DNA of 49,219 nt from Dehalococcoidia bacterium (GTDB lineage: Bacteria > Chloroflexota > Dehalococcoidia > GIF9 > AB-539-J10), in NCBI GenBank assembly GCA_046497565.1, contig JAWOFK010000051.1:1-49219 (forward strand). The letters run 5' to 3'. A program made the position numbers and the translations under genes. Positions 31,801 to 40,479 of this stretch are shown in pieces (within the stretch, counting starts at the first letter, position 1; every line of letters begins with the position of its first letter). Under the pieces are notes generated by a model. It had not been told where the DNA came from and ran no database searches. It saw only the letters and a list, made by a program, of their open reading frames with translations.

Positions 31801-31912
31801 GTCTCAGTTTGACCCGGAGCTGGTGGAGGTCTTCATCGGCATTATCGAATCGGGGCTGCCTGAGACGGTGAAGCTAGGTCAAGAGCCATCCGGTGAGCAG
31901 GCATCTCCATAG
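28889..31912 (+). CDS. Membrane sensor with GAF, GGDEF and HD-GYP domains (c-di-GMP synthase/phosphodiesterase)
   Basis: 1007 aa; ~7 N-terminal TM helices and GAF-like regions; GGDEF domain with RYGGDEF; HD-GYP domain with HDIGK...HHERWDGDGYP. Confidence 0.9.
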   Translation: MMTADALIPLIATVAYIPLFVILLSNRPWQQKQRLFLLFLIPTMLWSFGTFLFRSDLFIPYKLLTARVALCILFWMLVQLHYFLLPFYQSKRVKIPLAYVFPISTIVLAALGLMPERIEPTINYGIWIVAVGLLFLFTVGARDMFCLLRRHKISTDPAERNQITYLFVAICILAIFLLVDLLPRSTAYPLAHVGNLLMACTLTYAVVTHHLLDMSVIFRRALTYVGMYGLGVAIILLVFFLARLLFGFRAHFASLALALTLAIPVSIFLLQKVHDPWRNRVETAFVGARHHYRRRLTEFVTQIHSVPSIEQLGEEFINLLSQSIDCRRACLLLPQAEDGAFATRFYYPPVEDNPVRGLNIRADSPITAWLKREKAILPDRNISIYPEFRAMWQEEREEIRLAGVKVFVPLINVEELVGILAIGERRDGKPYTVEEFDLLNSIAAQVAASMEKEYIYEQLQEQGKEMTFINRLTTIVTSSVSIETIFEGFVQELKRMVDFDWITIALIDGNELYFLALSTTAGSPWQANERIPLEGTGTEWVCREGKSMYEADLSQYQRFWTGEQHLEQGIRSIVYLPLTVKDQSIGSLIVASRHLGAFTARQIKLLEQVARQIATPVENSQLYARAEQRSRIDELTGLFNRRHFEERLKEETGRHARYGDVFSIFLLDLDNFKTYNDIYGHPSGDALLHQIGRIIKGSVRNADQAFRYGGDEFIVILPHTSTDDARVVAERVREEIAEEMERKGSAVTCSIGLAGYPSDGVISGELVTVADTALYFAKRTGGNRVYLSSKILAEPLENAGVYARRNGLSAVYALVSTVEARDPYTYGHSRKVNTYAVALAEAIGLSPDQVSRVSTAALLHDIGKIGIPDKVLNKKGKLSKEDWELIKSHPRLGANIVSNIPELVPCVSSILYHHERWDGDGYPEGLKGEEISIEARILNIADSFEAMSAARPYRPALCSDKVLKELRRCAGSQFDPELVEVFIGIIESGLPETVKLGQEPSGEQASP

Positions 31913-31975
31913 TGTAACTCGAGACAACATCAAAGGTCACAATGCAAAATCACACGCCAGAATTCAAGGATGAAT

Positions 31976-32626
31976 TCAGGGTTTTCTCACGAGAACACAG
32001 ATGTTGGGGGAGAAGCTCCTTAGGGGCAAATTGTAGGACTTCTCCGGGGACATGCTAATTATGTCCCAGCCTGCTGTGATTAATAGCTTTCTCAGTTCGC
32101 CATAAGAGAAAAGGTGATAGTAGCGGTAAACCGTTCCCTCTCTTAGCCGCCACGGCACCTGCTGCTCTTTGGACTTGAACCAGAACCTTGGTTGTCCGTG
32201 GTTCCACACGGTCAAAAGAGCCTCGCCACCGGGCTTCAACACTCGCCTTAATTCCACGAATGCCTGCTCCCTTTCCTCACTGCCTTGAATATGGTGATAA
32301 GTGGCCACGGATATCGCCCAATCAAAGGCATTATCGGAGAAGGGCAAGAACAGGGCATCGCCAATTACCAAGTTGACATAAAACTCTAGCTTGGCAGAGT
32401 ATCTCACAGCCTGCTTGAGCATAGCAGGGGAGGAGTCCACCCCCCAGAGCTGGAAGCCCTGACTGAAAGGCAAGAAGTCCGGGCCGTGAGCACAGCCCAC
32501 ATTCAGCAGCTTTCCGCTCTGCCACCTCGCCGCCACCTCTTCCAGCTCTTCTCTCAATAAAGGCCAATGCCGTACGCGGTACCAGCTTTCAGCTATTTGG
32601 TCGAAGACTTTTCTGTTTGTCGTCAT
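31976..32626 (-). CDS. Class I SAM-dependent methyltransferase, Trm9-like
   Basis: 216 aa; SAM motif LLNVGCAHG; ISVATYHHIQGSEEREQAFVELRRVLKPGGEALLTVWN, VPW and RYYHLFSYGEL parallel yeast Trm9 blocks (ISIAVVHH..t.erR; GG.ALIY.WA.EQ; VPW; RYYHLY..GEL). Confidence 0.65.
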   Translation of the reverse strand: MTTNRKVFDQIAESWYRVRHWPLLREELEEVAARWQSGKLLNVGCAHGPDFLPFSQGFQLWGVDSSPAMLKQAVRYSAKLEFYVNLVIGDALFLPFSDNAFDWAISVATYHHIQGSEEREQAFVELRRVLKPGGEALLTVWNHGQPRFWFKSKEQQVPWRLREGTVYRYYHLFSYGELRKLLITAGWDIISMSPEKSYNLPLRSFSPNICVLVRKP

Positions 32627-32745
32627 AGATTCGCTCTGCTACACTTTAGCATATCGGAACGAAATACTCATGGGCGAGACTGGCTGAGTTCCAGGAGGGA
32701 GGCGCAGGGTCAGAAGATGAAGACCCGGCGTAACATAGAGATAGC

Positions 32746-34089
32746 GTGAAGAAGGCGTCGCGAACTATTTCTGGAGTAACCCCGGTGGCGGTTATGGCCA
32801 AGCCGTTCCCCTGCCCGGGCAGATGTATCTATTGCCCCAGCTCTCCGGAGGCACCCAAGAGCTATACGCTGGAGTCTCCAGCGGTGCTGCGGGCTCGGAG
32901 CTGCGGCTTTGACGCCAAGAAGCAGGTGGAAATCAGACTCAGAACGCTGGCTGAAATGGGACATGCCCGGGATAAGGTGGAGCTTATCGTCATGGGAGGC
33001 ACCTTTCTGTCCTATTCCCATGACTACCAGTACCAGTTTGTCAAGGATTGCTATGATGCCCTGAACGGCATTCCATCCAGCAGTTTAGAGGAGGCCAAGC
33101 AGCTGAATGAAGATGCTGAACATCGCTGTGTGGGGCTGTGCATCGAGACCAGGCCTGACTTCTGCGGGGAGGAGGAGATAAGGAGGATGCTCGATTTCGG
33201 CACCACCAGGGTAGAGCTCGGGGTACAGACCCTGGATGATGAGATTCAGCGCCTGACAAAGAGAGGCCATGGCGTCGCTGAAGTCGTGTCCGCCACCGGG
33301 CGATTACGGGACTACGGTTTCAAGGTTCACTATCACTGGATGCCCGGGCTACCGGGGTCAACAGCGGAGCATGACCTGGAGCTATCGCGGCACTTGTTCG
33401 ACGACAGGCGTTTTCGACCCGACGGGCTCAAGCTTTACCCGACGCTGGTAGTTGAGGGCAGTGAGCTGGAGGACTGGTACCGGGAGAATCGCTACCAACC
33501 TTATGCTGCTGAGAAGATGATTGATCTGCTTATCGCCATCAAAGCGCTGATTCCCAAGTATGTAAGGATTTCGAGGTTGATGCGGGATATTCCCGGCAAA
33601 TTTATCATTGCCGGCAGCAAAGACCTGGCACTCCGAGGGACCATTAAAGAGAAGATGGGGCAAGCAGGCGTTCACTGTAGCTGCATTCGGTGTCGGGAAT
33701 ACGGACATCGTCTGAGGGATGGCTGGGCAGTCGGCGAGCCCCGGCTGAGCAGACTGGATTATGAAACCTGCGAGGGGAAAGAGGTCTTCCTTTCCTACGA
33801 GGATGAGAATGAAACCCTGTTCGGCTTGCTGAGACTGAGCATAAACGGCAAGAAGGCGGTGGTCAGGGAGCTACATATTTTTGGTCCTGAAGTTCCCCTG
33901 GGCGGCAGGAGCGAGCAAGCGGCGCAGCACCACGGTCTTGGTGAAAGGTTGCTGCGACAGGCGGAGAGGCTCGCAGGGGAGGAATTTGGGACTGATAGAC
34001 TATCCGTGCTCAGTGGCATCGGTGCCAGGCAGTATTACCGCTCGCTCGGTTACGGCCTGGAGGGCGCTTACATGGTCAAGGAGCTTTGA
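32746..34089 (+). CDS. elp3: Elp3-family radical SAM/GNAT tRNA uridine(34) modification enzyme
   Basis: 447 aa, GTG start; ISGVTPVAVMAKPFPCPGRCIYCP (CX3CX2C cluster); ELIVMGGTF; C-terminal acetyltransferase-like region with HHGLGERLL. Confidence 0.85.
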   Translation: MKKASRTISGVTPVAVMAKPFPCPGRCIYCPSSPEAPKSYTLESPAVLRARSCGFDAKKQVEIRLRTLAEMGHARDKVELIVMGGTFLSYSHDYQYQFVKDCYDALNGIPSSSLEEAKQLNEDAEHRCVGLCIETRPDFCGEEEIRRMLDFGTTRVELGVQTLDDEIQRLTKRGHGVAEVVSATGRLRDYGFKVHYHWMPGLPGSTAEHDLELSRHLFDDRRFRPDGLKLYPTLVVEGSELEDWYRENRYQPYAAEKMIDLLIAIKALIPKYVRISRLMRDIPGKFIIAGSKDLALRGTIKEKMGQAGVHCSCIRCREYGHRLRDGWAVGEPRLSRLDYETCEGKEVFLSYEDENETLFGLLRLSINGKKAVVRELHIFGPEVPLGGRSEQAAQHHGLGERLLRQAERLAGEEFGTDRLSVLSGIGARQYYRSLGYGLEGAYMVKEL

Positions 34090-34226
34090 CAAACGGGGGA
34101 ATGGCTGCATGTTGCGGCCCGGACGTAATTGTGCTGTTAGCCATGTTGCTCGGGCTGTACATGTTGAACTCTGGTTAGTTTTATCGTAGAATAACACCTA
34201 CTGGAAATAGACTGTGAGATACGGCG

Positions 34227-34631
34227 ATGCCATACTGTCAGCACTGTGGAAAGAAGATAGATGAAGATGACGTGTTCTGTCCTGAATGCGGGCGGAGTAT
34301 CGTTGGGGAAGACAGAGAATGGCAACAGTTTAAGCTTCTAGAGACAATTGACAGAGTGAAGCGCAGAGCAGATATGTATGTTGCTCTGGCAGCAGTTTCT
34401 GCAACCGTGGGGGTAGTTGTTGGCGGTGCCCTCTGCATAGCATCCCATCCATCCGGGCTTTTTGGAATTGCGCTTGTTTGCTTCGCCATCGGATTTGCCG
34501 CAGCAGCCAAGCGGCATGACCGCAAAGTCGAGAGTTTGGGGAAGTGGCTCAGTCGGTCAAACTCGGTGACATGGCCTCAGTTAGCCGATAAGCTGCCCGA
34601 AAATCCGTATAGTGCAAACCCGCCTCAGTGA
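34227..34631 (+). CDS. Zinc-ribbon membrane protein
   Basis: 134 aa; MPYCQHCGKKIDEDDVFCPECG zinc ribbon followed by two hydrophobic helices. Confidence 0.65.
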   Translation: MPYCQHCGKKIDEDDVFCPECGRSIVGEDREWQQFKLLETIDRVKRRADMYVALAAVSATVGVVVGGALCIASHPSGLFGIALVCFAIGFAAAAKRHDRKVESLGKWLSRSNSVTWPQLADKLPENPYSANPPQ

Positions 34632-35121
34632 CCTGTTGATAGTCATACCAGCCAAGTTGCTCTCCGATAGACCCACCGTTCGGCGGTTCGTTTGTCCTGA
34701 AGAGAGTCGAAGAGCAGGCCAATCTATTCTTGATTGCCGCCCATTGCGCGATGAGCCCGGCAGTGATTCGATAGACAGTTCGCTTCCCTGTATTGACATC
34801 GAGAAATAGCCATGCTTATAATGCATCGAATCGTGCAGAAGCTGGTCAACCGACTGAATGTATTGAAAACTAGCGGAAGCGAACAAAGGAGAAACAAGAG
34901 ATGGACAACGAAGTCAAGCCAACCTGGAGATTAGCCTGGGGATTGTGGTGGCTGAGGTAGTTGCCGCGTTGGGTAAGTTACGAGAGTATTATTAATAGCC
35001 TGGCGATGGGTGGTGTGGTGGGTTAAGCCGTTGCCATAGCGATGATTGAGCCTTGAGGTATTGACAATGGGAGCTTCTAACTATATGTTTATATCAACAG
35101 ACAAAAAAGGAGGGATAAGAA

Positions 35122-35439
35122 ATGGAGCGAACCTGGAAACCGACGACTGCGGGCATACTCTGTATTATTGCGGGAGTAATTGAGGTGATCTGGGGTCTGG
35201 CGGCTGCCATAGTGGGCGGCATTGGAGGTACATTGATAGGTGCTGGATGGTTGGCTGCCATCGGTGGTCCGTTAATTGTATTTGGAATAATTGCCATAGT
35301 GGGTGGCGCCTATGCCTTGAAAAGAAGGGTTTGGGGACTGGCACTTGCCGGGTCTATTTTTGCACTCTTTGGTCCCTGGGCGATTCTCGGGATACTCGCT
35401 ATCATATTCGTCTCCTTAGGGAAGGGGGAATTCGAGTAA
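35122..35439 (+). CDS. Small Gly/Ala-rich integral membrane protein
   Basis: 105 aa; RBS AAGGAGGG upstream; about four TM helices; a TTGACA promoter-like hexamer at 35061. Confidence 0.65.
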   Translation: MERTWKPTTAGILCIIAGVIEVIWGLAAAIVGGIGGTLIGAGWLAAIGGPLIVFGIIAIVGGAYALKRRVWGLALAGSIFALFGPWAILGILAIIFVSLGKGEFE

Positions 35440-35566
35440 AGACCAATAGTCTCCAAGTCATGTGAATCGGAGGAGTTATCCAGTTTGTTATGCACTTGTG
35501 CTCCGATTTTAGCGGAGCAATCACATAGTTGCTTCTGAGTAACTCAGGGGAAACAAGAGGGAGCCG

Positions 35567-36247
35567 ATGTTCTGTAGAAATTGCGGCAAGGAGTTGGCAG
35601 GTAGTCCGCAGAGTTGCTTTTCTTGTGGGGCCACGCCTGTCAGCAGGGCCTCTTGTTTTGCCTGCGGCGCTTCAACAAGGCCACTAGCCAGAATATGTGT
35701 TATGTGTGGCGCGCGGTTGACAGGGAAGCGGGCCAGACGAAAAGCACCAGACATCTATGATCCTGCCTTTGATTTGAACAGTCTGTCCGAGGAACAGCGA
35801 AGCCAATTCAGGCAGCACCAATTTGCATACACGTTCTCAACTGATGGTGTAATCATGCTCCACCTTCTTACGATGGGCATATTTACCCTGATTTATTTCG
35901 GCTTGATGCACTCCAAGCTACCTATGATCAAGCATGACGACTTCAAGGCCAGAAGAGCCATCGGATTCAGTTTCATTCCCTTCTTCAACCTGTACTGGGT
36001 ATTCAGATTCTGGCTTCGCTTGGTAGACCGAGTGAATCTTCAGATGAGACTCAGAGGATTGCCACCGACAGTATCGAAACGCTTGATGCTGGCAACGATA
36101 ATTGTAGGTCTCGTACCAGGTGTTAATCTCGCGGCTCTACTGGTAATGTATCCCCTCTGTATTGCGCAGATTCAAACCAGTTGTAACATAATTGTGCCTG
36201 AAGAATCAGGCCAGTACAAAATCCTGCTGGAAGGATCTTCAGGATAG
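35567..36247 (+). CDS. Double zinc-ribbon protein with DUF4234-like membrane domain
   Basis: 226 aa; CRNCG...CFSCG and CFACG...CVMCG ribbons; C-terminal TM region with GIFTLIYFGL and NLYWVFRFW. Confidence 0.65.
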   Translation: MFCRNCGKELAGSPQSCFSCGATPVSRASCFACGASTRPLARICVMCGARLTGKRARRKAPDIYDPAFDLNSLSEEQRSQFRQHQFAYTFSTDGVIMLHLLTMGIFTLIYFGLMHSKLPMIKHDDFKARRAIGFSFIPFFNLYWVFRFWLRLVDRVNLQMRLRGLPPTVSKRLMLATIIVGLVPGVNLAALLVMYPLCIAQIQTSCNIIVPEESGQYKILLEGSSG

Positions 36248-36259
36248 AAAGGAGGCAAG

Positions 36260-36541
36260 ATGCAAAGATATCCTTTTCTGCGTTTTGCGGCCGGTGTTCT
36301 CAGAGTTGTGGGGTGGATAGCGCTGGTACTTGGCGTTATCGCTTCAATTGGGATGGCTATCACTATTGGCATGGATGGGAACGGATTTATAAGCATTCTG
36401 ATGGCCGCCGCGGCAGCTATAGTGGGACTGATCGGCTCCTTCCTGGTCTGGCTATTCCTGCTTGCGACCAGGGAACTCTTTTACCTGCTTATGGATGTGG
36501 AACAGAACACGAGAAACACTGCTGAGCGCATCAGAGAATAG
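36260..36541 (+). CDS. Small two-TM membrane protein, hypothetical
   Basis: 93 aa; RBS AAGGAGG upstream; two long hydrophobic helices and a polar tail. Confidence 0.6.
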   Translation: MQRYPFLRFAAGVLRVVGWIALVLGVIASIGMAITIGMDGNGFISILMAAAAAIVGLIGSFLVWLFLLATRELFYLLMDVEQNTRNTAERIRE

Positions 36542-36553
36542 ATGATATATTCC

Positions 36554-37726
36554 TTAAAGAAAGCTATTCTTCAGCCTGAATAGTGCTTCCTCGACATCCT
36601 CATCGTTTGCTCTCAGGCGCTTTATTGCCTGCTCTATCGTATCGTGTTTGTAGCTATCGCCGAGGTCGGCCAGGCTGCTGTAGTAACCAGTCCGTTTGCC
36701 AAACTTGAAATTGAGCCTTTCCTCATCCGGCAAAGTCAAATACTGATTTATGATACTCAGGCACTTCTCTTTGTCCTCAGGCATCTTACCTTCGATCTCC
36801 ATCAATAGATTCAGTATGTGGTCGCTCTTCAGATAGCTCGTAACTTCCAGGTTTTCGATGAAAACAGCGATCTCATTTACCACCTCGTCATCCGTTTGCA
36901 GCTCGAAATCTCCGTCTTGAATCCTGGTCCATAACGGCATACCTGGAGTGACGTGGAGACTGCGCAGCCTGATATAAGCAGGGTCAATCTCGTTCAGCAC
37001 CCTGGCTGTCTCCAGGGCATGTTCCTGAGACATTTTCTTGCCCCCAAGACCGGGCATGACGTATTCACATAGAGAAAGGCCTGCTTCTCTCACCTTCTTC
37101 CCACCCTCTATGTGGTTCTTAGCAGTGCAGCCTTTTTCCATATAGGCCAGCAAAGGGTCATAGCCCGTCTCCAGTCCGATGTGAACTCTATCCAGCCCGG
37201 CATCCTTGAGTTCCTTCAATTCTGCCAACGACTTTCTGGCTGCTGTATGGGAGCGACCATATGTAGTCACCCTGGTCAGGCTGGGAAACGTTTTCCTCAG
37301 GAAAGCAATCACCTCAGTTAGCTCGGGGGTGCGCATGATAATCGTATTGGAGTCCTGAAGGAAGGCTGATGTGCCGCCTGCCGCAAGCCACTGGGCAACA
37401 TGGCACACACATTGCCCGTATTGAAGTTGACCGGACAATGCCGCCGCTACCTCTTCCACACTGTTGCCGCGGCCCATCTTCCAGGCTATTTCCTTAATAC
37501 CCTCACTGATGGCTTTGGCAGCCTCAATGTCCCTGATGATTTCTTCCACTGGCCTCAGCTCGAACTTGCTGCCTTTGTATACGGGGCAGAACTGGCACCT
37601 GTTCCAGGGACAATTCCGAGTGGCCCTTATCAAGAGGGAATAAGCCTCGCTGGGCGGTCTTATCGGACCTAACTCAAACGTGTGGCTTAGTTTCTCCGTA
37701 ACTGGGTGATTCAACATTCTGGCCAT
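36554..37726 (-). CDS. Radical SAM protein of unknown specificity
   Basis: 390 aa; cluster motif NCPWNRCQFCPVY (CX4CX2C as read) and a TIM-barrel-like core (...DRVHIGLETG...). Confidence 0.75.
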   Translation of the reverse strand: MARMLNHPVTEKLSHTFELGPIRPPSEAYSLLIRATRNCPWNRCQFCPVYKGSKFELRPVEEIIRDIEAAKAISEGIKEIAWKMGRGNSVEEVAAALSGQLQYGQCVCHVAQWLAAGGTSAFLQDSNTIIMRTPELTEVIAFLRKTFPSLTRVTTYGRSHTAARKSLAELKELKDAGLDRVHIGLETGYDPLLAYMEKGCTAKNHIEGGKKVREAGLSLCEYVMPGLGGKKMSQEHALETARVLNEIDPAYIRLRSLHVTPGMPLWTRIQDGDFELQTDDEVVNEIAVFIENLEVTSYLKSDHILNLLMEIEGKMPEDKEKCLSIINQYLTLPDEERLNFKFGKRTGYYSSLADLGDSYKHDTIEQAIKRLRANDEDVEEALFRLKNSFL

Positions 37727-37795
37727 TATAGCCCGCTAGAAGCGAATAGGCAAATGGACATTCGCATCCTCACCATGATACTATTACTATTCGAA

Positions 37796-38431
37796 ATGCA
37801 GGAAATTGAGGTAATCTCATTTGATGCTGAGGGAACAGTAGTAAAGCCCGATTTCAGCCAGGCTATATGGCATGAAGCCATCCCTGCGCTTTATGCGCAG
37901 AAGAGAGGATTTGACCTTACTGAAGCCAAGAGGTTTGTTTTTGAGGAGTATGACAAAATCGGCGACCAGAGGCTTGAGTGGTATGACATCAAATACTGGT
38001 TTAATTGCCTTGACATGGGTTCTTCCGAGCCAGTAATACAAAGCTGCTTGGGCAAGATAGCCTACTATCCTGAGGTAACCCGGGTCCTTTCTTCCTTAGG
38101 TAACAAATACAGGTTGATTGTTGCCTCAGGCACGCCGTGGGAACTGCTGCATTTGTTGTTACAGGACATCGAGCCCTATTTTGTTCGAATTTTTTCCTCC
38201 GTCTCACATTACGGACGACTGAAGAACCCTGATTTCTACCTCAGCATATGTGAAGAGATGGGTGTCAAGCCAAGCCAGGTCATACATGTGGGTGATAGCT
38301 GGCAATTTGATTTCCTCAACTCCCGACAAGCTGGCATTCATGCTTTTCATCTCGACAGGTCGGGGAATAATCATCAGCAGTCCCTTAGCGACTTAACTCA
38401 ATTAGAGCAGCTTCTCCTGCCCTCGAGATAA
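37796..38431 (+). CDS. HAD-superfamily hydrolase
   Basis: 211 aa from the ATG at 37796; motif I FDAEGTVV, motif II VASGT, motif IV HVGDSWQFD. Confidence 0.75.
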   Translation: MQEIEVISFDAEGTVVKPDFSQAIWHEAIPALYAQKRGFDLTEAKRFVFEEYDKIGDQRLEWYDIKYWFNCLDMGSSEPVIQSCLGKIAYYPEVTRVLSSLGNKYRLIVASGTPWELLHLLLQDIEPYFVRIFSSVSHYGRLKNPDFYLSICEEMGVKPSQVIHVGDSWQFDFLNSRQAGIHAFHLDRSGNNHQQSLSDLTQLEQLLLPSR

Positions 38432-38513
38432 CATGACCCCTTCTGGTCCTGGCATAGCTTCGCCCCGTAGACATTGCAGGCTGTTCTGAGTTACAATTTG
38501 TTAGCCTAAACGA

Positions 38514-39380
38514 ATGCCAAATCATAGTGAAGCATCGCCCGAAAGCGCCTCTGTAACTAATAGATTCAATCTATCCGCAACACAACTGAGGGAAACGGCT
38601 CGGAGGCTGCGCCGTCACGTAATCACCATGATAGCCACGGCAGGTAGCGGGCATCCTGGTGGCTCTCTATCAGCTACTGACATCGTCGCTGCGCTGTATT
38701 TCAGGGTCTTGCGCCACATTCCTGAGAATCCTCACTGGGAAGGCCGTGACCGATTTATACTAAGTAAAGGACATGCTGCCCCAATCTTATACGCTGCCCT
38801 GGCGGAAACCGGCTACTTTCCCGTGGCGGAACTGGGAACCTTGAGGAAGCTGGATAGCCGCCTGCAGGGACACGCCGATGCGCACCTCACTCCCGGGGTA
38901 GAAATGTCATCGGGTTCTCTAGGCATGGGTTTGTCCTTTGCCATTGGCGTCGCCCTGGCAGCAATGTTAGATTCTAAAGCTTACCGGACCTATGTTCTTC
39001 TCAGCGATGGCGAATGTGAAGAGGGGCAAACCTGGGAGGCGGCGCTTTCAGCGGCCCACTTCAAACTTGATAACATAACGGCTATCGTTGACTGCAATGG
39101 TATGCAACTCAGCGGATGGACTAGAGATATTATGAACCTTGAGCCCTTCATCCAGAAATGGCAAGCCTTCGGCTGGCACACCATCGATATCGATGGACAC
39201 GACTTTGACCAGATCCTGTCCGCTTGCCAGGAGGCCGAAAAGACAAAAGGCAGGCCCACTGTCATCGTCGCCCGCACTATCAAAGGCAAAGGGGTTAGCT
39301 TCATGGAAAACAATGTGACCTTTCACGGGAAGGCACCTACCCGGGAAGAAGCCGAAAGAGCACTACAGGAGTTAGAGTAA
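38514..39380 (+). CDS. Transketolase, N-terminal subunit
   Basis: 288 aa; GSGHPGGSLS and LSKGHAAP..Y thiamine-diphosphate-binding motifs; split-gene arrangement. Confidence 0.9.
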   Translation: MPNHSEASPESASVTNRFNLSATQLRETARRLRRHVITMIATAGSGHPGGSLSATDIVAALYFRVLRHIPENPHWEGRDRFILSKGHAAPILYAALAETGYFPVAELGTLRKLDSRLQGHADAHLTPGVEMSSGSLGMGLSFAIGVALAAMLDSKAYRTYVLLSDGECEEGQTWEAALSAAHFKLDNITAIVDCNGMQLSGWTRDIMNLEPFIQKWQAFGWHTIDIDGHDFDQILSACQEAEKTKGRPTVIVARTIKGKGVSFMENNVTFHGKAPTREEAERALQELE

Positions 39381-39382
39381 GC

Positions 39383-40318
39383 ATGGCTGAAGCATCTACT
39401 CGGGAAGCTTACGGCAAAACTCTGTTAGAGCTGGGCAGACTGAACAAAGACATTGTTGTTCTGGATGCCGACCTGTCGCCCTCAACAATGACCGATTTGT
39501 TTGCACAGGAGTTCCCTGACCGTTTTTTCAATTGTGGTCTGCAAGAACAGAATATGGTCGGCATAGCTGCTGGACTAGCTGCCTCGGGCAAAATCCCCTT
39601 TGCCAGCACCTTCGCCATTTTTGCTTCATGCCGCTGCTTTGACCAGCTAAGGCTGTACTTGTCGCAGCCCGCGCTGAATGTCAAAATCGTCGCTACCCAC
39701 GGAGGAATTACCGTTGGTGAGGATGGTAGTTCCCATCACGCTGTTGAGGACTTAGCTTTGTATTGTGCCCTCCCCGGCTTCACCGTTGTCGTTCCCGCCG
39801 ATGCCATAGAGGCCGCTGAAGCAATTAGAACGGCGGCAGGTGCCTACGGCCCTTTCTACATCAGACTAAGCCGCCCAAAAACGCCGCTTGTTTACCCCGA
39901 GGGCTATCATTTTGCGTTGGGCACAGCAGTGACCATGAGACAAGGCAAGGACGTAACCATTATAGCTACCGGCATCATGGTCGCCAAGGCTCTGGAGGCG
40001 GCAGACGTCCTGGCAAGACAAGATGTAGATTGCCGGGTAGTCAACATGCACACCCTCAAACCTCTGGATGAGGCAGCCGTGGTCAGAGCTGCTTCAGAGA
40101 CGGGTGCGCTCGTCGTCGCTGAGGAGCATCTGGCCCAGGGTGGCCTGGGCAGCCGAGTTGCTCAAATCGTAGCCAAAGAGAATCCCGTGCCCATGGAATT
40201 CGTCAACCTTGGCGACAGGTATGCTTCTTCAGGCAAACCTGAGGAGCTACTTCAAAGATGTGGGCTGACCGCCATAGATATTGAAGAGGCAGTAAACTCA
40301 GCGGTCAACAGAAAGTAA
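39383..40318 (+). CDS. Transketolase, C-terminal subunit
   Basis: 311 aa; pyrimidine-binding and C-terminal domains (FNCGLQEQNMVGIAAGLA..., ...GEDGSSHH); starts 3 nt after the N-terminal subunit. Confidence 0.9.
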   Translation: MAEASTREAYGKTLLELGRLNKDIVVLDADLSPSTMTDLFAQEFPDRFFNCGLQEQNMVGIAAGLAASGKIPFASTFAIFASCRCFDQLRLYLSQPALNVKIVATHGGITVGEDGSSHHAVEDLALYCALPGFTVVVPADAIEAAEAIRTAAGAYGPFYIRLSRPKTPLVYPEGYHFALGTAVTMRQGKDVTIIATGIMVAKALEAADVLARQDVDCRVVNMHTLKPLDEAAVVRAASETGALVVAEEHLAQGGLGSRVAQIVAKENPVPMEFVNLGDRYASSGKPEELLQRCGLTAIDIEEAVNSAVNRK

Positions 40319-40479
40319 TGGTTTGAGACGCAGCACAGAGCTTATGTCCCTTTGACAGTCAGGACGAATCTCAATCCGGAGTCAGAGCAGAAGCATAGTC
40401 GAGCACATAAATGAACTCGCATAGCCTGGCATATATTCTGTAACATTTCAGCAACTCATTCGTTATAAGGGGCAAACCG

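Noticed and set aside
34560-34890. Protein-like - strand frame (LFLDVNTGKRTVYRITAGLIAQWAAIKNRLACSSTLFRTNEPPNGGSIGEQLGWYDYQQVTEAGL...) and the track ORF 34581-34886
   Set aside because: The frame has no start codon after the upstream stop, would need a frameshift to join the track ORF, and overlaps the 3' end of the 34227-34631 gene. I recognise no family. It may be a decayed gene, but I cannot support a call.
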